A stretch of 32,000 nucleotides of DNA from Candidatus Electronema halotolerans (GCA_942493095.1 OW818675.1:1440001-1472000); one strand, 5' to 3'. Shown: positions 10,042-19,081, numbered from the stretch's first letter. The notes: generated by a model from the letters alone, not told the origin. Made by a program: numbers and translations.

Positions 10042-10112
10042 CAAGCAAGCCAAAAAAATAACCGGTTCGACCGGTATGTTCCTTACCCTATCCCAAGCAC
10101 AAGGAGATCAAG

Positions 10113-11459
10113 ATGACCTGTGAGAAGAAGATCAGCCGCGAAGATATTATGAAAACCATTGAGGAGCAGAATGTCCGCTTCTTCCGGCTCCAATTTGTTG
10201 ACATTCTCGGCTTTATGAAGAATGTCGCCGTGCCGTTGAGCCAGATTGAGAAGGCTCTGGACGGCAAGATGATGTTCGACGGCTCCTCGATTGACGGCTT
10301 TGTCCGCATCAATGAGTCAGACATGTATCTGAAGCCGGACTACAACACCTTCACTGTCCTGCCGTGGCGCAATCAGAACGGCACCAATGCGGCCCGGATC
10401 ATCTGCGATGTCTATATGCCGGACGGCACCCCGTTCTCAGGCTGCCCGCGCAACAATCTGAAGCGGGTGCTGGCCGAGGCCAAAGAGCTGGGCTACACCA
10501 TGAACGTGGGCACTGAGGCTGAGTTCTTCCTCTTTGAGAAGGATGAGAACGGCAGAGCCACCACCGAGACCAGTGATGTGGCCGGATATTTCGATGTTGA
10601 CCCGGATGACTGCGGCATCAACTGCCGCCGCGAGATCATTGAGACCCTTGAAGCAATGGGCTTTGAGATCGAGGCTTCCCATCACGAAGTTGCCGAGGGC
10701 CAGCACGAGGTCAACTTCAAGTATGCCGACGCGCTGACTGCGGCTGACAACACCGTGACTTTCAAGTGGGTTGTCCGCTCCATCGCCGCTGAGTACGGCC
10801 TGCACGCGACCTTCATGCCCAAGCCGGTCTTTGGCATCAACGGCTCTGGCATGCACACCAACCAGTCCCTGTTCAATCTGGACGGCACCAACGCCTTTTA
10901 TGATCCGAAAGGCCCGCTGGAGCTTTCCGAGGTTGCGTACAAGTACATTGCCGGCATCTGCAAGAACGCGCCCGGCTTTGTCGCTGTGACCAACCCGTTG
11001 GTCAACTCCTACAAGCGGCTGGTGCCTGGCTACGAGGCACCGGTGTATGTTGCCTGGTCCGCCTCCAACCGTTCGGCCATGGTCCGCATTCCGGCCTCAC
11101 GCGGTCTTGGCACTCGCACCGAGGTGCGCTGCCCGGATCCGACCTGCAATCCATATTTAGCTTTCGCCATGATGCTGAATTCCGGTCTGGACGGGGTGAA
11201 GAACAATCTTGAGGCTCCGGCTGCCGTCAACAAGGACATCTTCAAGATGACTGCGCAGGAGAAGGTGGAGGCAGGCATCCAGAGCCTGCCCGCCAACCTG
11301 CAAGATGCCATTGAGGCTCTCAAAGCCAATCCGATTGCTGAAGAGGCGCTCGGCAAGCACATCCTTGAGCACTACATTGAGAACAAGGAAGCTGAGTGGG
11401 ATGACTACCGCACCGCAGTCACTGACTGGGAGATCAAGAAGTATCTGAACAACTACTAA
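10113..11459 (+). CDS. glnA: Glutamine synthetase type I (short, GSI-alpha-like, 448 aa)
   Basis: AAGGAG RBS with 6-nt spacing. Typical GS blocks: [69 protein letters not shown]. Confidence 0.95.
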   Translation: MTCEKKISREDIMKTIEEQNVRFFRLQFVDILGFMKNVAVPLSQIEKALDGKMMFDGSSIDGFVRINESDMYLKPDYNTFTVLPWRNQNGTNAARIICDVYMPDGTPFSGCPRNNLKRVLAEAKELGYTMNVGTEAEFFLFEKDENGRATTETSDVAGYFDVDPDDCGINCRREIIETLEAMGFEIEASHHEVAEGQHEVNFKYADALTAADNTVTFKWVVRSIAAEYGLHATFMPKPVFGINGSGMHTNQSLFNLDGTNAFYDPKGPLELSEVAYKYIAGICKNAPGFVAVTNPLVNSYKRLVPGYEAPVYVAWSASNRSAMVRIPASRGLGTRTEVRCPDPTCNPYLAFAMMLNSGLDGVKNNLEAPAAVNKDIFKMTAQEKVEAGIQSLPANLQDAIEALKANPIAEEALGKHILEHYIENKEAEWDDYRTAVTDWEIKKYLNNY

Positions 11460-11472
11460 GCACAGCCTTTCC

Positions 11473-11497
11473 GGGGCGGCGCAAGACCGCCCCTTTC
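11473..11497 (+). terminator. Rho-independent terminator of glnA
   Basis: GGGGCGG-cgcaaga-CCGCCCC followed by TTTCCTC. It begins 14 nt after the glnA stop. Confidence 0.7.
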
Positions 11498-11594
11498 CTC
11501 AGTTGCTCCCGCCTTTTTTCTCTTCTTTCTTCGCAAGATTCCTGCCGCTGCTCATCTGCCGCAAAAAAAATGTTGCGGACAGTGAAAATATTTC

Positions 11595-11623
11595 TTGACA
11601 TCCTGTTTAAAAGAATATAAATT
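11595..11623 (+). promoter_or_regulatory. Sigma70 promoter candidate for the island gene
   Basis: TTGACA (11595-11600), then either TATAAA after 15 nt or TAAATT after 17 nt. It lies ~90 nt upstream of the ATG at 11710. Confidence 0.4.
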
Positions 11624-11709
11624 TAGCCACTTGTTGAAGTGGCAGCTCAACTGGGTTGAAATAGACAAATTGCTCAATGCCGAGCAGATATAGAATTATT
11701 AGGTGAATC

Positions 11710-14700
11710 ATGAAAAAAACATCAATCATATCTGTATTGCCTATAGCGGTAATATTTTTTATATTGTCCATATCGATCTGTTGTAGCAGTTGGGCATCAT
11801 CGCCAAAGTCAATGGATATAACATTTTCTTTTCCAGATCAAGGAGTTTCTGTAAATAGTCCTGCTCAAGTCAAAGTAAATATATCAGGGGCAAGAACTTG
11901 GAAGGAAGGGAAAGTCGAGACAACAGTGTCTGCAATAAAATTTGTTGATCCAAAATCAACAGCAGAAAATATATCAATTAGCAAGATGCTTAACCTTTCT
12001 TCTTGTAACGGAGCATCTTGTTTTTTTGATATTCCTTTAATTGTTAAAGGTGATGGTGAATATGAGATAAGGGTTGCAATTATTGCGCAGACCGAAAATA
12101 GAGAGATAGGTCGTTCGCGAGCTTTTGGAGTCATTGCTAAAAATGGAATTGTCTGGTTTGGCAGAGATAGTGTTGATCAGGCTGTCGAAGCAAAAATTCT
12201 ACATCAAATTGGTGCAGAATCAAGTTCTGGCAAAAATAAGCAGATATACCAAGAAAAGCTAAAGAAAGAACAAATAGAAAGAGCAACAAGGGCTCGTGAT
12301 AATAATAAAAAAATGTTAATGTCACCGGATGCTGTAAATGCTATCAATCAAGGTGATATAATCATAGTGGATGCACAGTGGATTGGCAATGGCACCACGA
12401 GTCATGGCAATAATTTTCCGATGCATGGTGTAAAAATTACTGTATCTGATAAAAATAAGGATGCCACTGGCAACCCATTATCAGCGAATATCAATGGTTA
12501 TTTGATCAATGGAAATTTTTCATTTACTGCTCCGAGAAACAATTATTCTTATAAAGTTGTAATGGAGACAGTCTTTCCAGGCATCAACGCTGATGGAACT
12601 GTCAATACTGCTGGAAACGGAATAGGTTCATTCCAAGTAGTAAGTGACAGCAGCGGGACAATATATACATGCGAAGCTGAAAACAACCCTTCGATCATCT
12701 GTTCTCAAGCTCAAACAGGAAGTAAAGCGTCTGCCAGTGCATGGTCAGCTTTTCATGGTGTGGCTGAAATGGTGGTTCAAACTAGAAAACAGTTAAGTAT
12801 TGATAAGAAATCAGGATTTGAGGTGATATTTAATATCCCAGGCAATGCGAGTAAATATTCTGCTCCAAATATCAAGCTATTGCTTGATGACCGTTACGAC
12901 TGGGATGTTATTGCACATGAATTTGGCCATGCTGTTGCAGATGAAACTAATGCAACTGATACCAATACAGGTGGTGGTCATGACGGTTCAAACCAATACG
13001 ATTATTCAAGAAATAGCAACACACTTCACAGCAAGAGAAAATCTCTTGAACTGGCAATCAACGAGGGCTTTGGAACTTGGTTTGGTGGAGCATTGATGCT
13101 GAATCCGAGCGTTATGTACAACGGAAAATTTTTGAATATCGCTGATGGAAAATATGACGATACAGAGGAGGATGCAATCCCGGAACTTCATGAGTCTTTT
13201 GAAACGAATATAGATGCGACATATTTTGGCGAAGATACAGAAAACGCATCTTGTCGGCTCCTTTGGGATATAATGGACTCAAATAATGAGGCAAATGCAC
13301 GAGCAACATGCGCAACTTGCAACGATGCAATGAGTCTCGGTCTATCTGGTTTATGGAATATCCTTAAAGGGTCAGGAATATCAAATATTATCGAGCTTTA
13401 CGAAAAGCTTATGGAGAGAAAATGCGCTGCTTCGGTAGGCGATCTTTTACAAACAGGTGAAAATAAAATAAATAACAGTGCGTTGCAGTGTGCTTTCGAT
13501 CTTTCATATACTTTTTCCGAATTTGGGGTCGCGCCATATCTTGAACAGCCAGCACCGCAAACGAAGTTAGATCTTTTGAATGATAAAAGTGGGCCAAAGT
13601 TTGTATGGAGTCAAAAAAAAACAGGCACATTGGAAGGACTGACGGAATTTACACTGGCCCTGTACACTTTTGACTTAAAAACATTGGTATTTAAAAAAAC
13701 AGGAATAACCGCAAATGAATACACATTGACTGAATCCGATATTAAAGACATAAAATCGGCAATAGACGGACTGTCTTATTCTCCCAGCTCGCTATACGCT
13801 GTTATTATAGGAGAAAACGACTATATATTAGAATTGGAGTCAGGTCCGTATTTCAGTAATCCAAAGGAAATAATGATCACTAATGTTGACCGAACAGTAG
13901 TGATTGCTGTCGATAGCTCAGAATCTAACACTACGACAGACCCACAGAATCTGCGAATAGCCGCTGCAAAAGAAACTATTCGGAGTTTAACATCATTTTC
14001 TGAGTCCCAGAAAAATAATACTGCGCATGATTTGGCTGGTGCTGTTGATTTTGACAGCGGAGTGATTGTATTAAGCCAGTTAGATGATCCAGATGCTGTC
14101 ATTCCTAAACTGAGCAGCATCGATTCCTATGGTGGCACTGACATTGCGCAAGGAATTAATACTGCTGTGCAGATACTGGAAAATCTCAACACCGCAGGGT
14201 TAACAGGCCTTATAAAAAACAAGGCTGCTGTTGTAGTTTTTACGGATGGTGAAAATAATGATGGCTCAATCCCAGTAATTGAAGCAATTGCAAATGCGAC
14301 TATCAAGGGAATTCGTGTTCATCTGGGATTTTTAGACCCTTATTCGTTTTTTAATAAGGCTGCATCATTCCCTATCCCTTCTGATGCCCCTCAAGGATAC
14401 ATTCCCCATGAATCCTCCTTTCAGGAAGATAGCACATTGCCTGCAACTATTATTGAGGCTGTATTAGCTTCTGGTGGAGTCTATGCAATTATAGATAATG
14501 CTAATGCAGAGAGAGCATTTGCAGAACAAGTTAAATATCGAGGTATTACAAATGCTGATATTTCAGATCCAGGTGGCCAAAAAATAGCTGGGCAGACCAA
14601 AACTTTTGATCTGCTTACTGATTATATGGAGTCACGGAGTTTCCGGTTTCGCGGTTCCTCGCATGAGAATGTACAAGTTATCGTTGATACAGATGGAAAT

Positions 14701-14934
14701 TTCTGTCCATCTGTACAGGTATTTGACCGTGATGGGAATATTATCGCCTCTGATTCTGATGCTGATTCTGACGGGCTGATTAAACTCAGTTTCATTCTTC
14801 CTTATGCTGGTGATTATTATGCAATAGTAAGATCGCAGGATGGTAATGCAGGTCTGTTTAGCATCTTTATTGATGTGAAAAATCATTTCAGTGGTAATTC
14901 CTTAAATTTCCTGCATTTTCTTCTTTCACACTGA
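11710..14934 (+). CDS. Large exported multidomain protein: signal peptide, beta-rich N-terminal region, HExxH zinc-metalloprotease-like domain, VWA (MIDAS) domain, C-terminal pre-peptidase (PPC)-like domain
   Basis: 1074-aa ORF, with the RBS-like TTAGGTGAATC upstream of the ATG. N-terminal hydrophobic signal MKKTSIISVLPIAVIFFILSISICCSSWA. HEFGH at aa 403-407 (nt 12916-12930) with a downstream NEGFGTWF (aa 451-458) as a possible third ligand. MIDAS DSSES at aa 735-739 (nt 13912-13926), plus GGTDI (aa 808-812) and VVVFTDGENNDG (aa 841-852). The C-terminal DSDADSDGLIKLSFILPYAGDYYAIVRS is PPC-like. Low G+C relative to the flanks. Confidence 0.8.
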   Translation: MKKTSIISVLPIAVIFFILSISICCSSWASSPKSMDITFSFPDQGVSVNSPAQVKVNISGARTWKEGKVETTVSAIKFVDPKSTAENISISKMLNLSSCNGASCFFDIPLIVKGDGEYEIRVAIIAQTENREIGRSRAFGVIAKNGIVWFGRDSVDQAVEAKILHQIGAESSSGKNKQIYQEKLKKEQIERATRARDNNKKMLMSPDAVNAINQGDIIIVDAQWIGNGTTSHGNNFPMHGVKITVSDKNKDATGNPLSANINGYLINGNFSFTAPRNNYSYKVVMETVFPGINADGTVNTAGNGIGSFQVVSDSSGTIYTCEAENNPSIICSQAQTGSKASASAWSAFHGVAEMVVQTRKQLSIDKKSGFEVIFNIPGNASKYSAPNIKLLLDDRYDWDVIAHEFGHAVADETNATDTNTGGGHDGSNQYDYSRNSNTLHSKRKSLELAINEGFGTWFGGALMLNPSVMYNGKFLNIADGKYDDTEEDAIPELHESFETNIDATYFGEDTENASCRLLWDIMDSNNEANARATCATCNDAMSLGLSGLWNILKGSGISNIIELYEKLMERKCAASVGDLLQTGENKINNSALQCAFDLSYTFSEFGVAPYLEQPAPQTKLDLLNDKSGPKFVWSQKKTGTLEGLTEFTLALYTFDLKTLVFKKTGITANEYTLTESDIKDIKSAIDGLSYSPSSLYAVIIGENDYILELESGPYFSNPKEIMITNVDRTVVIAVDSSESNTTTDPQNLRIAAAKETIRSLTSFSESQKNNTAHDLAGAVDFDSGVIVLSQLDDPDAVIPKLSSIDSYGGTDIAQGINTAVQILENLNTAGLTGLIKNKAAVVVFTDGENNDGSIPVIEAIANATIKGIRVHLGFLDPYSFFNKAASFPIPSDAPQGYIPHESSFQEDSTLPATIIEAVLASGGVYAIIDNANAERAFAEQVKYRGITNADISDPGGQKIAGQTKTFDLLTDYMESRSFRFRGSSHENVQVIVDTDGNFCPSVQVFDRDGNIIASDSDADSDGLIKLSFILPYAGDYYAIVRSQDGNAGLFSIFIDVKNHFSGNSLNFLHFLLSH

Positions 14935-15130
14935 TTGTTTGTTTTATGTTGCGGATTCAAGTTCTATGTAATGGTGAATCGTGAGTGATGGGTTGAAAAT
15001 ATGTTGAAATTGCTGGAAAATATAATATACTGGCGGCAAGGGATGCTCTCTGCCCCATCGGCTCTTCGTCGGATGCGGATGTCAAGCCGTCATTATGAAA
15101 AAAACAAACATGGAGAAGAAAGGTAACTGA

Positions 15131-16312
15131 TCACAGCTTACCATCCATCACTTTTTCGCAATGTAAAAAACAAGGGAGGCAGGGGACGGAGCATCTGAGC
15201 GTATCTTCTGAGCAGCCTGAGTCCTCTTTTGAAATAAGAACAGACACTTCTCCAAGTTTTTCTGACGACTGGCGGCAGCTCATGCTGTTCCGCATCCTTG
15301 TCGGCAACGTCGTCAAATCCGAAATTTTCAGTTTTTTTTCTCTTGGAAGCGGGTTCCGCATCCTGTCGCGGAGTCCGGCGAGTACGCACCAGTGCATGGC
15401 GACCGAGAGGATCAGCATCAGTCTGGCGATTCTGTCGGCGCGCTCCAGTTTTGTGTCCTCCAGACCGAACCCCCTGGTTTTGAAATCGCTGAACATGGCC
15501 TCGCATCCCCAGCGCATGCCGTAATCAAGTGTTTTATAATAATTTGGCTCAGTTCCTCCGACTGCCAGCAGCCAAGGCTCATCATGTCCCGGCTCCTGGA
15601 GAATGCTTAAATTTGTCTGAACCCGCTGTTCTGTCAGATAAATATTTTTCATAAGCAGTTCCTTGCGACCTTTCTTTTCAGCAGGAACAAGGTCCGCAAG
15701 AGATGTCTCATCGCCGGCCTCATTGAAAACTTTAAGATTTTCCTTGAGGCGGAGCCGATAATCCCAGCCGCTGCGGTGGCAGAATGCAATCAGCGGCGCT
15801 TGACCGTAAAAACGGTCGCCGAGCAGCAGCACTCTGCTGCCCTCTGGAAGGAATGATTTTATTTTTTCAAGCAGTTCCATGCAGATATCCGAGCCGATAT
15901 TGCCCTGTCCTTTTCGGACCCGCCATAGCAGAGGCAGGGCCCGACCGCCGAAGCGCAATGACAGCGAAAGAATGCCGAAACGGTCGGATAGCTGCGTCTG
16001 GTCAATGCACAGAATCAGCGTTTCTCCCGAAGCGGAGGCCGTCTCCAATGCCTGACGGATGAAAGGCCGCATCACATCATCATTGTCGATTGAGTCTGTG
16101 CTCAGGAAACGGCTTAACCACTGATATCGCATGTCAATCCGTTCTGTTTCCAGCGGAAGGACAGCCGCCATGTCCATAGTATTGCAACTCTGAACTTCCA
16201 AAACCGCCGCCGCGCACAAGCTTAACTTGCGCAGAGGATTCCTGTTAATTCCGGGCAAAACGTCCCGCAGGCCGGACGAGATTTCCTCTGCCAGATGACT
16301 GATCGTGCTCAT
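15131..16312 (-). CDS. IS4-superfamily DDE transposase
   Basis: 393 aa. Candidate DDE residues in LCIDQTQL, LLGDRFYG and RWGCEAMFSDFK. The last block fits the IS4 Y-(2)-R-(3)-E-(6)-K signature (YGMRWGCEAMFSDFK). The ORF reads through the left IR and stops 4-6 nt outside it. Confidence 0.85.
   Translation of the reverse strand: MSTISHLAEEISSGLRDVLPGINRNPLRKLSLCAAAVLEVQSCNTMDMAAVLPLETERIDMRYQWLSRFLSTDSIDNDDVMRPFIRQALETASASGETLILCIDQTQLSDRFGILSLSLRFGGRALPLLWRVRKGQGNIGSDICMELLEKIKSFLPEGSRVLLLGDRFYGQAPLIAFCHRSGWDYRLRLKENLKVFNEAGDETSLADLVPAEKKGRKELLMKNIYLTEQRVQTNLSILQEPGHDEPWLLAVGGTEPNYYKTLDYGMRWGCEAMFSDFKTRGFGLEDTKLERADRIARLMLILSVAMHWCVLAGLRDRMRNPLPREKKLKISDLTTLPTRMRNSMSCRQSSEKLGEVSVLISKEDSGCSEDTLRCSVPCLPCFLHCEKVMDGKL
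15137..15155. repeat. IS terminal inverted repeat (left)
   Basis: CTTACCATCCATCACTTTT, the exact reverse complement of 16382-16400. Confidence 0.9.
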
Positions 16313-16381
16313 ATTTCACAGAGTTTGAATAAACGAATTGTTTTTTCAATCTTTTTACTCCGGCGTTCAATCTCTGTCAAG

Positions 16382-16400
16382 AAAAGTGATGGATGGTAAG
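16382..16400. repeat. IS terminal inverted repeat (right)
   Basis: AAAAGTGATGGATGGTAAG, the exact reverse complement of 15137-15155. Confidence 0.9.
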
Positions 16401-16428
16401 GATGGCAAGCGGCTTACAGAGAAATTTC

Positions 16429-16457
16429 TTGACAATCATCCGGCAGATGGATAAAAT
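16429..16457 (+). promoter_or_regulatory. Sigma70 promoter candidate for rpsU
   Basis: TTGACA (16429-16434), 17 nt, TAAAAT (16452-16457). It lies ~70 nt upstream of the rpsU ATG. Confidence 0.5.
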
Positions 16458-16528
16458 AGTGTCCCTTTACACGCACCAAGATGAACACGCAGATGGGGCA
16501 TGCCATCACCTAAAGGATGTGATTTTTC

Positions 16529-16726
16529 ATGATTGAAGTCGAAGTCAAAGGAGACCTTGAATACGCCATCCGCCAGCTCAAGAAGAAGCTGCAGATCGAC
16601 GGCATCAAGCGGGAGCTGAAGCGGCGCGAATACTACGAGAAGCCGAGCATCAAGAAGCGGCGCAAGTCTGCTGAAGCCCTGCGCAAGTTGCGCAAGTACA
16701 ACCGGCTCAGAAACCGACCGTATTAA
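16529..16726 (+). CDS. rpsU: 30S ribosomal protein S21
   Basis: 65 aa and highly basic. MIEVEVKGDLEYAIRQLKKKLQIDGIKRELKRREYYEKPSIKKRRK... is the canonical S21 pattern. Confidence 0.95.
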   Translation: MIEVEVKGDLEYAIRQLKKKLQIDGIKRELKRREYYEKPSIKKRRKSAEALRKLRKYNRLRNRPY

Positions 16727-16732
16727 GTTCAG

Positions 16733-17707
16733 GTGTTCCAGCCCTGCTGCCGCGCTGCGGCCAGGGCTTTTTCATTTCATTCCTGCCCTGCTATTGTTCT
16801 GGAAACTTCCCCGCTTTTCCTCAGTCTTGATCATTTTCTGCGCCACTTGACAGTGCAGCGCAGGCTGTCCAAGAACACGGTCAACAGCTACGGCTCTGAT
16901 CTTCGTTTCTTCATCAAGTTCCTTCAGGAGCAGGGCATCCGGGAACCGGCCCAGATCAGCCCTGCTGAGGTGCGGGCCTTTCTCAAAGACTGCTTTGCCC
17001 GCAAGCTCAATGCCCGCAGCAATGCCCGGCGGCTTTCCGCCCTGCGCTCTTTCTTTGATTTCCTCGTGGTGCAGGGAACATTGACCATCAGTCCGGCGGC
17101 TGAGATTGATCTGCCCAAGATCGGCAGCCCGCTCCCGGAGATTCTCTCATCTGCCGAGGTTGACCTGCTGCTGGCCGTGCCGGAAGACAGCGCGGCAAAC
17201 CCGCTGGCCTTGCGCAACTGCGCCATGCTCCATCTGCTTTACGCCACCGGCATCCGGGTTTCCGAGCTGGTCAACCTGCCGGTGCAGGATTGCAGCCTGA
17301 GCAGCGGCCATGTCCGCATTCTCGGCAAGGGCAGCAAGGAGCGGATGATTCCCTTCAACGAGGAGGCGGGCCAGCGCATCAACGCCTATCTGGAGCAGGG
17401 CCGTCCAGTCCTGCTGGGCCGGAAAAGCAGCCGCTTCCTCTTCATCACCAGACAGGCCAAGGCCATGACCCGGATCCGCTTCTGGCAGATCATCGGTGAA
17501 ATGGCCCGGCAGCGCGGCATCAGCAAGCCGGTCAGCCCCAAGACCATGCGCCATTCCTTTGCCAGCCACATGCTCGCAGGCGGAGCCGACCTGCGCGCCC
17601 TCCAGATGATGCTCGGCCATGCCGACATCTCCACCACCCAGATTTACACCCATGTTGATGCCAGCCGCCTCAAGGCCGGACACGAGCAATTTCATCCGCG
17701 TGGCTGA
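16733..17707 (+). CDS. xerD: Tyrosine site-specific recombinase XerD-like (start codon uncertain)
   Basis: SAM-like N-domain (LDHFLRHLTVQRRLSKNTVNSYGSDLRFF). Catalytic-domain motifs LLYATGIRVSEL, ILGKGSKERMIP, MRHSFASHML, LGHADISTTQIYTHV. MTRIRFWQII and the C-terminal HPRG resemble E. coli XerD more than XerC, from memory. The GTG at 16733 is the only canonical start upstream of the conserved N-terminal helix. Confidence 0.85.
   Translation: MFQPCCRAAARAFSFHSCPAIVLETSPLFLSLDHFLRHLTVQRRLSKNTVNSYGSDLRFFIKFLQEQGIREPAQISPAEVRAFLKDCFARKLNARSNARRLSALRSFFDFLVVQGTLTISPAAEIDLPKIGSPLPEILSSAEVDLLLAVPEDSAANPLALRNCAMLHLLYATGIRVSELVNLPVQDCSLSSGHVRILGKGSKERMIPFNEEAGQRINAYLEQGRPVLLGRKSSRFLFITRQAKAMTRIRFWQIIGEMARQRGISKPVSPKTMRHSFASHMLAGGADLRALQMMLGHADISTTQIYTHVDASRLKAGHEQFHPRG
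16740..16773 (+). terminator. Rho-independent terminator-like hairpin after rpsU
   Basis: AGCCCTG...(inner CCGC-gct-GCGG)...CAGGGCT followed by TTTTTCATTT. It starts 14 nt after the rpsU stop and lies inside the first 14 codons of the xerD ORF as given in the track. Confidence 0.6.
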
Positions 17708-17802
17708 CCAGCCACGCAGCTTTTCCTTGCGCTGACAGGCAGGCAACAGTACTCTCTGAGAAGAACTTTTTCCTTGGATGAATACCGCCAAACACGCCAG
17801 CC

Positions 17803-19068
17803 ATGAACCGCCGCACCTTTCTCCAGCAGAGCGGCAAGCTCGGAGCCGCCGCCGTGGCTGCTGCCGTGCTGCCCAACTTCGCCGCAGGACATCATACAAC
17901 CAAGCCCACCATTAAAGTGGTCGGCACGCATGTCACCCTGCTGGAACCGCTCCGGCAGCAGGCCGAGCAGGACTTGGGCATCAGGATTGAATTTCATCCG
18001 GGCGGTGATGCCGCCGTCCTGCTCAAGGCGGCCACTGACCCGACCTCGTTTGATCTTTATGAGCAGTGGTCAAACAGCATCAAGGTCCTCTGGCAGGCCA
18101 AGACCATTCAGCCGATTGATATTGGCAGGCTGACTTATTGGCCGGAGGTCAACAGCCTGAGCAAGCTGGGCCGCATCTCGGCACACGCCCGACCCGGTTT
18201 GGGCGATGTGCCGAACAAAATTCTCTATGTCCAGCCGGACGGCGGCCTCGGCCCCAAACCGAGCCGACAGATCAGCTTCCTGCCCTATGTCCATAATGTT
18301 GATTCATTCGGCTACAACTCCGCTGTGGTGCCCAAGGGCATTCCCTACAAGAGCGAAAGCTGGGCCTGGCTCTTGGATGAACGCTGGCATGGCCGGGTGG
18401 CGATAGTCAATTCCCCGGAAATCGGGGTCTTTGACTTGGCCTTGGCTGTGCAGGCCAAGGGGCTGATGCAGTTCAAGGACATGGGCAATATGAGCCGCAG
18501 CGAGGTGGATCAGCTTTTTGACATTGTCATCAGCATGAAGCGGAAAGGTCATTTCCGGGGTGTCTGGACTTCCGTGCCTCATTCTGTGGAGCTGATGGCC
18601 TCTGGTGAGACCGTGATTCAGAGCATGTTTTCCCCAGGCGTGAGCACGCTCAAGGGCATGGGCATTCCCTGCATCTATGCCGCGCCCAAGGAAGGCTACC
18701 GGGCTTGGCACGGCGTGATGTGCCTGTCCCGCGACTGCACTGGCGCACGGCAGGAGGCGGCCTATGCCTTCATGAACTGGTGGCTGTCCGGCTGGCCTGG
18801 GGCCTTCATTGCCCGGCAAGGGTATTATATCTCCAACCCGGAGCGGTCGCGGCCCTTCATGTCCAAGGCAGAGTGGGATTACTGGTACGAGGGCCAGCCT
18901 GCTGCCGAGCCGCTCCAAGGCACGGACGGCAGAATCTCGATTCAGCCGGGCGAAGTCCGCACTGGCGGTTCCTACATCAAACGTTTTGAAAATGTCGCAG
19001 TCTGGAACACGGTCATGGACACCTACGAATACATCCTGACCAAATGGAATGAATTTGTCCTGACTTGA
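17803..19068 (+). CDS. Tat-exported periplasmic solute-binding protein (family 1, PotD/PotF-like), orphan
   Basis: 421 aa. Twin-arginine signal MNRRTFLQQSGKLGAAAVAAAVLPNFAAG. SBP-like alternating pattern. No ABC permease or ATPase genes adjacent. It ends 13 nt before the kinase gene. Confidence 0.8.
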   Translation: MNRRTFLQQSGKLGAAAVAAAVLPNFAAGHHTTKPTIKVVGTHVTLLEPLRQQAEQDLGIRIEFHPGGDAAVLLKAATDPTSFDLYEQWSNSIKVLWQAKTIQPIDIGRLTYWPEVNSLSKLGRISAHARPGLGDVPNKILYVQPDGGLGPKPSRQISFLPYVHNVDSFGYNSAVVPKGIPYKSESWAWLLDERWHGRVAIVNSPEIGVFDLALAVQAKGLMQFKDMGNMSRSEVDQLFDIVISMKRKGHFRGVWTSVPHSVELMASGETVIQSMFSPGVSTLKGMGIPCIYAAPKEGYRAWHGVMCLSRDCTGARQEAAYAFMNWWLSGWPGAFIARQGYYISNPERSRPFMSKAEWDYWYEGQPAAEPLQGTDGRISIQPGEVRTGGSYIKRFENVAVWNTVMDTYEYILTKWNEFVLT

Positions 19069-19081
19069 GAGAGACCGCATC

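Larger units (their letters stand above)
15137..16400 (-). mobile_element. Intact IS4-superfamily insertion sequence (~1264 bp)
   Basis: Perfect 19-bp terminal inverted repeats (CTTACCATCCATCACTTTT at 15137-15155, reverse complement at 16382-16400) bracket a single DDE transposase gene. Confidence 0.8.

Noticed and set aside
10055-10075. tRNA-like GGTTCGA T-loop string
   Set aside because: It is only a short palindrome (ACCGGT-tcg-ACCGGT) in the 71-nt glnD-glnA spacer. No acceptor or anticodon arms can be drawn, and there is too little room for a tRNA.
15001-15126. 41-codon ORF (MLKLLENIIYWRQGMLSAP...) between the island gene and the IS
   Set aside because: No RBS and no recognisable family. 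It is too short to support from sequence alone and may be a fragment of whatever the IS or island disrupted.
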